DNA from: an uncultured cyanobacterium
GTDB taxonomy: Bacteria > Cyanobacteriota > Cyanobacteriia > CAKZMO01
Direction: 5' to 3'
NCBI GenBank assembly: GCA_963719515.1
Contig: CAVRCJ010000019.1
Location: 64,001-128,000, forward strand
DNA length: 64,000 nucleotides
In this document: positions 1 to 8,501 of the stretch, piece after piece
Layout: every line of letters begins with the position of its first letter
How positions within the stretch are numbered: the first letter of the stretch is position 1
Made by a program: the position numbers and the translations under genes
Notes under the pieces: generated by a model
Seen by the model: the letters and a program-made list of their open reading frames with translations, nothing else
Databases searched by the model: none
Told to the model about the DNA's origin: nothing

Positions 1-969
1 CATCGGGTCAGGGTCGTCCAGCTCCGCCAATTCAGCCCGCAGCTTCTGCTGCACCTCGGGCAAGTAGTGAATCCAGTACAGCATCCAGACTAGGGCTGAC
101 GCCGTCGTTTCGTGACCGGCCAGCAAAAGGGTGACTAGCTCATCGTGGAGTTCCTCATCGCTGAGGGCTTCTCCATTCTCATCTCTAGCCTGCAGCAGCA
201 GGGTCAAGATATCATTCTTTTCGTCGGGGTTGACCCCTGACTGCAGGTATTGGCGGCGATCGCGAATTTCGGCGTAGAGCAGCTGTCTAATCCGCTCCCG
301 CCGACGGACAAACTGCCCCCAAGGACTCTGGGCCCCCCAGTCTTTTTGCAGCCACGGGAAAAAGAGGAAGCTGGCGCTGATGGGCGCTGAAAAAGAATCG
401 AGCATATCGCTCATGGACTGCTGAAGCTGGGTCAGCCGGTCCCCGTCATTGAGGCCAAAAATGGCTCTGAGAATGATGCCCAGGGTGAGCTTTTGCATAG
501 GGCGGCGAGCCACAATCGACTGGCCCGGTGCCCAATCGGCGCTGACCTGACGGGTCACGTCGCAAATGAGCTGGGCATAGGCCCGCAGGCGATCGCCGTG
601 GAAGGGGGGCATCAGCAGCTTGCGCTGGCGCTGGTGGTCCGCCTCGTCGAGGAGCAAAATGGAATGCTCGCCCACCAGCGTTTTCATGATCCCGTTGTTT
701 TGCCCGGTGATCGCCGTTGTGGCGTCGAGCATAAAAATTTCCCGCACCACCTCGGGGTCCCCAACGTAGACCAGTGGCGGACTGCTGTCGCCCCCAATTT
801 GAAACGTCGGCCCGTAGCGCCGGACGTTGTCGTCTAGGTATCCGGTCGGCTGCACAACCAGGCGGAGAATCCGCAGGAAGCGCTTTAGTCCTTTCGCCTT
901 GGGGCCGTCAAGTTCTCGGGGCTCGGAAGGATGGGCTTGGGCAGTCGTGTCTACAAGCTTTGTCGTCAT
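1..969 (-). CDS. Cytochrome P450 (runs off the left edge of the window)
   Basis: Not in the ORF track. The minus strand from ATG at 969 reads MTTKLVDT...LHDELVTLLLAGHETTASALVWMLYWIHYLPEVQQKLRAEL, containing the P450 I-helix motif AGHETT. Confidence 0.93.
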   Translation of the reverse strand, partial: MTTKLVDTTAQAHPSEPRELDGPKAKGLKRFLRILRLVVQPTGYLDDNVRRYGPTFQIGGDSSPPLVYVGDPEVVREIFMLDATTAITGQNNGIMKTLVGEHSILLLDEADHQRQRKLLMPPFHGDRLRAYAQLICDVTRQVSADWAPGQSIVARRPMQKLTLGIILRAIFGLNDGDRLTQLQQSMSDMLDSFSAPISASFLFFPWLQKDWGAQSPWGQFVRRRERIRQLLYAEIRDRRQYLQSGVNPDEKNDILTLLLQARDENGEALSDEELHDELVTLLLAGHETTASALVWMLYWIHYLPEVQQKLRAELAELDDPDPM

Positions 970-1021
970 GGGTGGCAGTCTGCGGGGGGTGAACTGGGGT
1001 TAAGTGAGATCTTGATGCGGA

Positions 1022-1624
1022 TTATCGCCGCTGGACCGGAATCTGAATATCGCTGCGCTTCATGGGGTCGGGGATGTAGGGGCCGTCGTAGAAAAACCGG
1101 CGGGGTGGCCCGCTCACGACATAGTCGGGGTGAGCCGATAGCCACGCCTGGAGTTGCTGAACGCCGTCGGTGTAATGCTCGAAGCCATAGCCGCCTCTGA
1201 TACCCAGGCTGACAACGGTCATCGGCGGGATATCTTCAACTTGGATATTGGAGGCCACCTCTCGCGGGACGATGTCGGGGCTGCGGTAGAGAAAAGACAC
1301 GGCGGCTTCCCCTTCGGAAGCGGGACCGCCCTGCGCCGTGGCCGTGGGGTAGCGGGTTTCTACGGGAGCGGTCATGGAAATGTCGTTGCTGCTGATGTGG
1401 CGAAAGAGGGGAGAGAAGCCGCGAGAGGAGGCCTCCGCCAAGCTGCCCGTTACCTGAACGGTGGCGGCCCGGTAGTCTGGGTACTGCTTGATTTCGATTT
1501 CGCCGTTTGCGGTGGGCGGCGGGAAGCCGTCGGGCAGAGGCGCAGAGGCGGCGTTGTAGGCCCCAAACAAAAGCGCCCCAACCCCAATAACCCCAACAAT
1601 GAGTAAAACCTGGCTGAGTTTCAT
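1022..1624 (-). CDS. SOUL family heme-binding protein with N-terminal signal/TM segment
   Basis: Motifs IEIKQYPDYRAA, FSPLFRHI, ISMTAPVE and C-terminal YDGPYIP..KRSDIQIP. Confidence 0.85.
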   Translation of the reverse strand: MKLSQVLLIVGVIGVGALLFGAYNAASAPLPDGFPPPTANGEIEIKQYPDYRAATVQVTGSLAEASSRGFSPLFRHISSNDISMTAPVETRYPTATAQGGPASEGEAAVSFLYRSPDIVPREVASNIQVEDIPPMTVVSLGIRGGYGFEHYTDGVQQLQAWLSAHPDYVVSGPPRRFFYDGPYIPDPMKRSDIQIPVQRR

Positions 1625-2017
1625 TTGAGAGCCCGTCGCTGAATCACTCGTTTTAGTCTAACGATCTCAGTGGGGAGACGACTGGAAGCGCGAGCTGGTG
1701 GCCGCGATCGCCGGGGGCAAGCTGCCTTAATATCAATTCCCTGAAACAATTCCCTGGAAAGTCAGCTCTAAATTCAGCGTCAGCCCAGCGCAAACTGTTA
1801 CCGAAACAATTCTCATCAACTGCCTCTGTTCAGGTCGCGGGCTATTGAAGAGAATAGGAAGTAATTGAGCTGCACCCTATGGGACTAGGGCGATCGCAAG
1901 TCGTGCGGCGAATCTAGTTTCCGGATGCAGCGAACTTTAGCTCGAATGATTGGTAACAAATAGCGCCTCTAAATGAGACCCATGAGTCCCTTGCATCGGT
2001 TCCATCGACGGCGACGA

Positions 2018-2058
2018 TTGTTGTCAATCCTAGGGATTTCTATAATTAAGTTATAGAA
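2018..2058 (+). promoter_or_regulatory. Putative sigma70-type promoter overlapped by an inverted-repeat operator
   Basis: TTGTTG-17 nt-TATAAT (2041-2046); perfect inverted repeat TTCTATAA-ttaag-TTATAGAA at 2038-2058. Confidence 0.45.
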
Positions 2059-2167
2059 GCAAAGTTAAAAAAAAATGAGGTTGCCTTGGCCCGCAGCTCC
2101 ACAACATTTGATTTAAGAAAAAGCTCTGACTTGGAAAATCAGAGACGCTTCAGCAAAGGAGAACAGT

Positions 2168-2371
2168 ATGTTCTGGCTTTCTACATTGAGCAATGCCCCC
2201 CAGCTAGACGCGATCGCCGCCAATTCTCGCCCCTGGGCTATCCTAAGGCGGTTTTGGAAGTTTAGCGATCGCTACGGCGAGTACCAGTCGCGACCGCCCA
2301 GCCTGCGCCGGCAGTTCATCATAGAGATGGAGCAGGGCGAACAGAAAGATTGTGGCTCCGAGTCTTGCTAG
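2168..2371 (+). CDS. Hypothetical small protein, 67 aa
   Basis: AAGGAG Shine-Dalgarno 6 nt before ATG, upstream promoter, lies in an otherwise empty intergenic region. Confidence 0.5.
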   Translation: MFWLSTLSNAPQLDAIAANSRPWAILRRFWKFSDRYGEYQSRPPSLRRQFIIEMEQGEQKDCGSESC

Positions 2372-2535
2372 CTAGAGCTTCTCTATATAAGACTCTTGAA
2401 CAAGGCTCGAAGCGCGACGTGGCGCTGCTAGATTTTGGGCATTCATTTCGTAAAGGCACTATGCCCCTACCCCCTGGCTTTGGACTGAGTCCAAAGCAGC
2501 AAATTTGTGCCTTAAACCGTCAGCGCCGACAGGCT

Positions 2536-4101
2536 TTACTCAGCGGGGCTAGCCGCAAGTTGGTCTTCGTAGGTCGGCATTTGGCCCGACGTTAGCCGCT
2601 GCCAGTAGTCTTTCAAATCTCCAGCCAGCTCATTCGAGAGAATGTAGCAGCCAACTAGGTTGGGAAACGCCATTCCCAGCAGCGTCAAGTCACTGAAGTC
2701 GATAATTACGCCGAGGCTGGTTAGCGTGCCTAAGAAAGTGAACACGACATAGATAGCTTTAAACAGCAGCGTAGTGCGACTGCCAAACAAATAGGTCCAG
2801 GCCTGAAGGCCGTAATAGCTCCAGGAGATGACCGTGGAAAAGGCGAATAGGCACACGGCAAGGCTCAAAACAACCGGGAACCAGCCGATTACGGAGCCGA
2901 AAGCGTTTGCGGTCATGGCGACCCCGCTTAGCTCGTCGCCGACGTCCTGGTAAACCCCCGTGATTACGATGGCGAGCGCCGTCATGTTACAGATCACGAT
3001 GGTGTCGATGAACGGCTCCAGCAAAGACACCATGCCCTCTCGGATGGGCTCCTTGGTGCGGGCCGCTGAATGGGCGATCGCGGCTGAGCCGACCCCTGCT
3101 TCATTAGAGAAAGAGCTCCGCCGAATCCCCTGAACAATGACGCCGACAATGCCGCCTGCCACGGCGGTGGGGGCGAACGCCTGACTGATAATCGTGCCGA
3201 CGGCTGCGGGGACTTCGCCGATGTTCACCACAATGATGAACAGGCAGGCCAAGATGTAGATCAAAGCCATGGCGGGCACCAGCTTCTCAGCCACGGCCCC
3301 GATGCGTTGAATGCCGCCAATGATCACAACCCCAACCAGCGTTGCGAACACGAGCCCAAACAGCCACGCCGGCAGCCCAGGAATCAGCCCGTTGATGGCG
3401 GCGAAAGCCTGGTTTGACTGAAACATATTGGCCCCGCCCAAGCTGCCGCAGATGCAGAGGATGCAAAACAAAACCGCTAGCCCCTGGCCGAGGGGACGCA
3501 TTCCCTTGGGGGACAAGCCGCGAGTTAAGTAGTACATGGGGCCGCCCAGCACGGTGCCATCGTCTAGGATGCGGCGATACTTGACTGCCAAAGAGCATTC
3601 CACAAACTTGGTGACCATGCCAAAGAAAGCGGCCAGGGTCAGCCAAACCATGGCCCCCGGCCCCCCCAGCTGAATGGCCACCGCCACGCCGGCAATGTTG
3701 CCGAGGCCCACGGTGCCGGAAACGGCGGTCGCTAAAGCCTGGAAGTGGGAGACTTCGCCCTCGTCGTCGGGGTCGTCAAACTTGCCTCGAACGATGTCAA
3801 TCGCATGTTTGAAGCCCCGCAGGTTGATGAACTGCAGCCGCAGGGTGTAGAAAATTGCGGCGACGAACAGCCACAGCACGATAAAGGGAAAGCCGTTTTC
3901 TCCGCCAATTTTGAAGAAGAGCAGGGCGGAGAGCACCTTGACGATGGGCTCAAAAATCAGGTCTATGCCCGTTGTTGTGCTGTCCTGCGCGATCGCAGGG
4001 CGGGCTATTGAGAATAGTAATAGGGCCGTTATGCCAGCCATCAGCCAGGCGCTTGTGGGCCTAAAGCCTGATGAGGATTTGGGGGGTGGAGATTTTATCA
4101 T
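2536..4101 (-). CDS. agcS: Alanine/glycine:cation symporter family protein
   Basis: ALATAVSGTVGLGNIAGVAVAI, GGPMYY, FSNEAGVGSAAIAH, LEPFIDTIVIC. Confidence 0.95.
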   Translation of the reverse strand: MIKSPPPKSSSGFRPTSAWLMAGITALLLFSIARPAIAQDSTTTGIDLIFEPIVKVLSALLFFKIGGENGFPFIVLWLFVAAIFYTLRLQFINLRGFKHAIDIVRGKFDDPDDEGEVSHFQALATAVSGTVGLGNIAGVAVAIQLGGPGAMVWLTLAAFFGMVTKFVECSLAVKYRRILDDGTVLGGPMYYLTRGLSPKGMRPLGQGLAVLFCILCICGSLGGANMFQSNQAFAAINGLIPGLPAWLFGLVFATLVGVVIIGGIQRIGAVAEKLVPAMALIYILACLFIIVVNIGEVPAAVGTIISQAFAPTAVAGGIVGVIVQGIRRSSFSNEAGVGSAAIAHSAARTKEPIREGMVSLLEPFIDTIVICNMTALAIVITGVYQDVGDELSGVAMTANAFGSVIGWFPVVLSLAVCLFAFSTVISWSYYGLQAWTYLFGSRTTLLFKAIYVVFTFLGTLTSLGVIIDFSDLTLLGMAFPNLVGCYILSNELAGDLKDYWQRLTSGQMPTYEDQLAASPAE

Positions 4102-4427
4102 TGGAAAGCGAATATATTTTCTTACTCAATCAAACAGTCGAATAGTGATGACTATATTTGATTGTTGTAAAGAAATACCCTTTTCTGGGTGTTGTCGCTG
4201 TTACATTCGACACGGCAGCGGTTTTTTGTGCTAGCGATCGCCGTCGCTCAGCCATGGGGCGATCGCGGGCGGCGGCATTCGGTTCAATGTGGCCACAGCG
4301 CCTCGCTCAGCCGTGTCGTATTGGACTCGGTGGCCTGGAAGCTGCCCTTCGGCATTTTCGGTGCCTGTGGCTGAGCTATCTGAGGCGCAGGGTTTTTAGG
4401 TAAGCGCTTTTCTCTGAGTGCCCTGGG

Positions 4428-4616
4428 CTTGGTGGTGCAGAAATCTCGGCCAGAGAATATTGATTCTCATAGAAAGGCTGGAAAAGCTCAGATACGTACT
4501 CTCAAACCACGCAAATACGTGGGGAATTGCCTCAATTTGCCCTGAACTGCGGAAATTGTCGTTTTCGGCGAAATCCTTTAGTACCAATGCTTTCAGGAGT
4601 TCTCTGCACCACTAAG
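4428..4616. mobile_element. MITE, 189 bp, with terminal inverted repeats and a 10-bp target site duplication
   Basis: Left end CTTGGTGGTGCAGAAATCTC versus reverse complement of right end CTTAGTGGTGCAGAGAACTC (17/20); exact direct repeat GTGCCCTGGG at 4418-4427 and 4617-4626. Confidence 0.9.
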
Positions 4617-4669
4617 GTGCCCTGGGTTACCTTGTAGGAGGATTTGTTTACCGCCAGAGCTAGCTTCGC

Positions 4670-7234
4670 ATGAGCCGCGATGCCCTCATTGTTGGGATTA
4701 GTCAATACGAGAATCTTGAGAATCTGGGAGCCTCAGCGCGGGATGCGGAGGCGATCGCCCAGCGCCTGCACGAGCACGGTAACTTCCGCGTCAGGCGATT
4801 GCCTGAGTACGAGGATGCAGAGGGCAATCCGAAAGTGGGAAAGCGTACTCCCGTCACGCTCAGTGACCTCAAAGCCGCCATCATTCATCTTTTTACCCCC
4901 GATGGTGACAACGTTCCAGAGGCGGCGCTGCTCTACTTTTCAGGCCATGGCCTACGGGATGACGATGGAAGCGGCTATTTGGCCGCTAGCGATGTTGACA
5001 CAGCCCAAGGGATCTTTGGCTTCTCGCTGCAGGATCTGAGGCAGCTGCTGGAAGATAGCCCCGTTAAGCAGCAGATTGTGTGGCTAGACTGTTGCCACGG
5101 CGGGACGCTGCTGGACTTTACAGCAGTAGACCCCGGAACAAAAGGCGGGCGCGATCGCTGTCTGATCACGGCGTCTCGGGAGTTTGAACCCGCATTTGTT
5201 GACCGTCGAACTGACTCCAGCGTCCTGACCGCTGCGCTATTGGAAGGACTGGACCCGACAAAGAAGCCTACTGGGTCTGTCTATGCGACGGAGTTGGTGA
5301 GCTATGTGCAGGAAAAGCTAAAAAAGGCCCCTCAGGTTCCTTTAGCCTGGACAGGCCCTGACCGCATTCTGCTGACAGAGACGGACAACCCGGTGCCGCA
5401 AACGGCGAGCCCACAAAATATCCCTCGCAGCGGAGCCGTCAAGTTTGTCGGTCGGGATGCCGTGCTGCAGGATCTCCATGCCCAGCTTCAGGGCGAGCAG
5501 CCCGTGGCGGTGACGGCGGTGGCGGGGATGGGGGGCATTGGCAAGACGGAGCTGGCGATTCGCTATGCGCTGGGCTATTGGCAGGCGCACTACCCGGCGG
5601 GGGTGTGCTGGCTGCGGTGCCGGGGAGCAGAGATGGCCTCGCAGGTGGTGAAGTTTGCCGCGGTGGAGATGGGGCTGGTGGTGCCGGACGGGCTGACGAC
5701 GGAGCAGCAGGTGCGGTGGTGCTGGCGGAACTGGCAACCGGCGGCGGGGGCGGTGCTGGTGGTGCTGGATGATGTGACCGACTACGGGGCGATCGCGGAC
5801 TATTTGCCGCCGGTAGACCTGCGGTTTCGGGTGCTGATGACGACGCGATCGCAGAACTTGGGGGCGTCGGTGCGGACGGTACCGCTAGATTTGCTTTCAC
5901 CGGAGGCGGCGCTGGAGCTGCTGACCGAGCTAGAAGGCGCGGGGCGGGTGATGGCTGACCGGGTGACGGCAGAAGAGCTGTGCGATCGCTTGGGGCATTT
6001 GCCGCTGGGGGTGGAGCTGGCGGGGCGGTATCTGCAGCAAAAGCGGGATCTGCCGCTGGAGAAAATGCTGGCGCGGCTGGAGCAGAAGGGGCTGGGGCAT
6101 CGGTCGCTAGCGGAGCGATCGCCCGATATGACGGGGAGGCTGGGGGTGGAGGCGGCGATCGCCCTGAGCTGGGAGGAGCTGCAGCGAGAGGAGACACGGC
6201 GGCTGGCCTATTTGCTGAGCCTGTTTGCCCTGGCTCCGATTCCTTGGCGGCTGGTGGCGGGGTGCTTGCCGGATGAGGACGAGGAGGAGCTGGAGGACGC
6301 GCGGGACCGGCTAGTGAATTTGAGCCTGGTGCGGCGGGTGGATGAGGGGGTGTATCAGCTGCATCAGCTCGTGCGGGAGTATGTGGGGGTTAGGCTGGAA
6401 GATTCGGCGGCGGCGGATGGCCTGAAGCGGGCCTACTGTCGGGGGATGGTGGCGGTGGCGCGGCAGGTGCCGCAGTCGCTAACGATAGAGCAGGTGGCGA
6501 CGCTGGCACCTGCTGTTCCCCACATGCAGGAAGCAACAACGTCATCACTTCTGAACTGGGTTGAAGATGACGATTTGCTTTCGTCTTTTGTGGGTGTTGC
6601 ACGGTTTTATGAGGGGCAAGGGCTATATGGGCAGGCTCTGCCGTGGTGCGACGCTTGCTTAAAGCTCTCGACCGAACGCTTGGGCGAGGAGCATCCAGAT
6701 GTTGCCAGCAGCCTCAACAACTTGGCAGAGCTCTATCGTTCTCAAGGGCGATACACAGAAGCAGAGCCACTGTATGTCCAGGCCTTAGCGCTATACCGCC
6801 GCATCTTGGGCGAGGAGCATCCAGATGTTGCCACCAGCCTCAACAACTTGGCAGTCCTTTACGATTCCCAAGGGCGCTACGCAGAAGCAGAGCCGCTGTT
6901 TGTCCAGGCCTTAGCGCTATACCGCCGTATCTTGGGCGAGGGGCATCCAGATGTTGCCACCAGCCTCAACAACTTGGCAGAACTATATCGTTCTCAAGGG
7001 CGCTACGCAGAAGCAGAACCGCTGTATATTCAAGCCATCGCGATCGCCACAAAGCGTCTCGGGCCAGAGCACCCCAATACTCGAACCTTCATCGAGAATT
7101 TTGTTGTCTTGCTAAAAAAAGCGATCGCCCACAACCAAACCGACCGATTCTCGGATCACCCTTTGACGCAGAACTTGTTGGAGCAAGCACGGACGCAGCT
7201 ACAGATAGAAGAACTTCAAAGACAAGGCTTCTAA
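4670..7234 (+). CDS. Caspase-like peptidase C14 + NB-ARC (STAND) NTPase + TPR repeat protein (NLR-like)
   Basis: ALIVGISQY...YFSGHG...WLDCCHGG (His/Cys dyad); FVGR, Walker A GMGGIGKT, VLVVLDDV, LMTTR, GHLPLGV, LHQLV; TPR units LGEEHPDVATSLNNLA. Confidence 0.95.
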   Translation: MSRDALIVGISQYENLENLGASARDAEAIAQRLHEHGNFRVRRLPEYEDAEGNPKVGKRTPVTLSDLKAAIIHLFTPDGDNVPEAALLYFSGHGLRDDDGSGYLAASDVDTAQGIFGFSLQDLRQLLEDSPVKQQIVWLDCCHGGTLLDFTAVDPGTKGGRDRCLITASREFEPAFVDRRTDSSVLTAALLEGLDPTKKPTGSVYATELVSYVQEKLKKAPQVPLAWTGPDRILLTETDNPVPQTASPQNIPRSGAVKFVGRDAVLQDLHAQLQGEQPVAVTAVAGMGGIGKTELAIRYALGYWQAHYPAGVCWLRCRGAEMASQVVKFAAVEMGLVVPDGLTTEQQVRWCWRNWQPAAGAVLVVLDDVTDYGAIADYLPPVDLRFRVLMTTRSQNLGASVRTVPLDLLSPEAALELLTELEGAGRVMADRVTAEELCDRLGHLPLGVELAGRYLQQKRDLPLEKMLARLEQKGLGHRSLAERSPDMTGRLGVEAAIALSWEELQREETRRLAYLLSLFALAPIPWRLVAGCLPDEDEEELEDARDRLVNLSLVRRVDEGVYQLHQLVREYVGVRLEDSAAADGLKRAYCRGMVAVARQVPQSLTIEQVATLAPAVPHMQEATTSSLLNWVEDDDLLSSFVGVARFYEGQGLYGQALPWCDACLKLSTERLGEEHPDVASSLNNLAELYRSQGRYTEAEPLYVQALALYRRILGEEHPDVATSLNNLAVLYDSQGRYAEAEPLFVQALALYRRILGEGHPDVATSLNNLAELYRSQGRYAEAEPLYIQAIAIATKRLGPEHPNTRTFIENFVVLLKKAIAHNQTDRFSDHPLTQNLLEQARTQLQIEELQRQGF
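6680..7057 (+). repeat. Three near-identical 126-nt (42-aa) TPR-coding tandem repeats
   Basis: TTGGGCGAGG(A/G)GCATCCAGATGTTGCC starts at 6680, 6806 and 6932 (period 126). Confidence 0.95.
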
Positions 7235-7254
7235 CCCCGCCGTATCGATACCTC

Positions 7255-7351
7255 AAAAAAAGCGATCGCCCAAAACCAAACCGATCAGCTCTCCGACCAT
7301 CCCCTAACCCAGCACCATTTAGAGCAAATCCGCAACGAAGCCGCCGATTAG
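7255..7351 (+). pseudogene. Orphan paralogous C-terminal tail of the TPR protein
   Basis: Reads KKAIAQNQTDQLSDHPLTQHHLEQIRNEAAD*, versus KKAIAHNQTDRFSDHPLTQNLLEQARTQ in the gene; no start codon. Confidence 0.85.
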
Positions 7352-7368
7352 AAACAGTACTCACAGCT

Positions 7369-7452
7369 CTACTCCATTAGCTTTTTTATGACAGTTTCCA
7401 ACCCCGGTACGTCAGTCTCCACAGCATCCCAAATCCGATCCGAGTCGATGCC
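7369..7452 (-). pseudogene. C-terminal remnant of a HEPN/DUF86 (HepT-like) toxin
   Basis: Reads GIDSDRIWDAVETDVPGLETVIKKLME*, a DUF86-type tail directly downstream of an MNT gene; the N-terminus and the RX4-6H motif are absent. Confidence 0.75.
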
Positions 7453-7471
7453 GCTGTGATAACACCGCCTA

Positions 7472-7765
7472 TCACAGCGGCTTTGCCTCAGACAAAACCC
7501 GCTCCCTAATCCTTGGGCTGATTCCCCGCTCGGTCAAAATGTCCACCTTCCGCCCTAGTAGATCCTGTAAATCCACCAATAGGCCACCAGGGAACCAAGG
7601 CGTAATGCGCTCTAGATCGTAATCAATTAAAAAGTCAACATCGCTCTCTAGGGTTTCCTCTTCCCGCGCCACCGACCCAAATATCCGCACATTAAACGCA
7701 CCGTGCCGCGCTGCAACCCGTAGGATCTCTTCCCTATTTTCTTGAAGCGTCTTTAATAGCGTCAT
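7472..7765 (-). CDS. Minimal nucleotidyltransferase (MNT/MntA-like antitoxin)
   Basis: VRIFGSVAREEETLESDVDFLID (GSx10DxD), LQDLLGRKVD; 97 aa. Confidence 0.92.
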   Translation of the reverse strand: MTLLKTLQENREEILRVAARHGAFNVRIFGSVAREEETLESDVDFLIDYDLERITPWFPGGLLVDLQDLLGRKVDILTERGISPRIRERVLSEAKPL

Positions 7766-7948
7766 CGGGCCTATTCTCCCTTGGCCTACAGGTCAACAGC
7801 AGTGGTTTATCCCAGCACCACAAGTCTATCCTTAGCTTACGCCACAGCCTATTGGGTCTATGCCCTTAGCATTTCGCGAGACCAGGATATTCCCAGGATT
7901 TTTCCAGAGCCCTGGCTTCTGATTCACCAAAAAAATCCTACACAACCC

Positions 7949-7977
7949 TTGCCCTTCATCGCCCAAAGCGCTACACT
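7949..7977 (+). promoter_or_regulatory. Putative sigma70-type promoter
   Basis: TTGCCC-17 nt-TACACT. Confidence 0.55.
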
Positions 7978-7983
7978 CATACG

Positions 7984-8206
7984 CTAGAAGCTGTGACCCG
8001 ATGCAGCTTGCTGACCCCAAAAATTTGGTCTAACGGCCGCGATCGCCATCGCGAGTGACGATCGCGGCCTGACCCTTGGACAGATCAGAGCTGTCTTCGA
8101 GCTGCACTCATTGTATTTCAATGGTTGCAGCCATCCCAGACACGCCCAAAACCAGGGATCGACCTGATTTTTGGGTTTTCTTACCTACTTAAACCGAGAA
8201 AACCCA
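7984..8206 (+). ncRNA. Candidate structured RNA / 5' leader of unknown family
   Basis: Stems at 7988-93/8004-09, 8035-45/8059-69, nested 8073-79/8152-57, 8092-96/8138-42, 8101-06/8126-31, 8109-13/8119-23, and 8172-81/8197-8206. Confidence 0.55.
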
Positions 8207-8490
8207 TGACATTTTTATACCCAGAGCTGCCCGCACCCACCGAGGCCGCACCCACCGTGCTGACCACCCCCGACCCCGGTCCCAGCGGCGAAGTCATCCG
8301 CCACATCCTCATCGGCTCCCCCGAGGGTGTCCGCGAAACCATCTACCGGCTGCACCTGCGCCGCTACGTGGAGCAGGCCATGTGGACCGGCCCCATTGAG
8401 ATTGGTCCCAGCGGCGTCCACATCACCCAAAGTCAGGGGCAGGTGTTGTTTTACCTAATGCGGCTGCGCTCCCTCGACGTAGTGAGCTAG
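8206..8490 (+). CDS. Hypothetical protein, 94 aa (IRHILIGSPEGVRETI core), resembling an uncharacterised cyanobacterial family
   Basis: ATG at 8206, strong C/G third-position bias, Pro-rich N-terminus followed by a globular-looking core; hairpin downstream. Confidence 0.75.
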   Translation: MTFLYPELPAPTEAAPTVLTTPDPGPSGEVIRHILIGSPEGVRETIYRLHLRRYVEQAMWTGPIEIGPSGVHITQSQGQVLFYLMRLRSLDVVS

Positions 8491-8501
8491 CGGCGCTCAC
8501 G

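Noticed and set aside
493..992. Plus-strand ORFs at the start of the window
   Set aside because: They are antisense to the P450 gene.
1868..1931. tRNA-like cloverleaf
   Set aside because: No T-loop TTCRA or D-loop consensus and no CCA end.
4102..4420. Glycine riboswitch upstream of agcS
   Set aside because: The GGAGA...CCGAAG...CTCTCAGG aptamer pattern could not be assembled on the minus strand.
5439..6197. 252-aa Pro/Ala-rich minus-strand ORF
   Set aside because: Antisense shadow of the G-rich NB-ARC coding region.
7111..7351. Duplicated C-terminal segment as a diversity-generating retroelement VR/TR pair
   Set aside because: Mismatches are not confined to adenines, many are synonymous, and there is no reverse transcriptase in the window.
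6643..7380. 245-aa repetitive plus-strand ORF
   Set aside because: Alternate frame of the TPR repeats.
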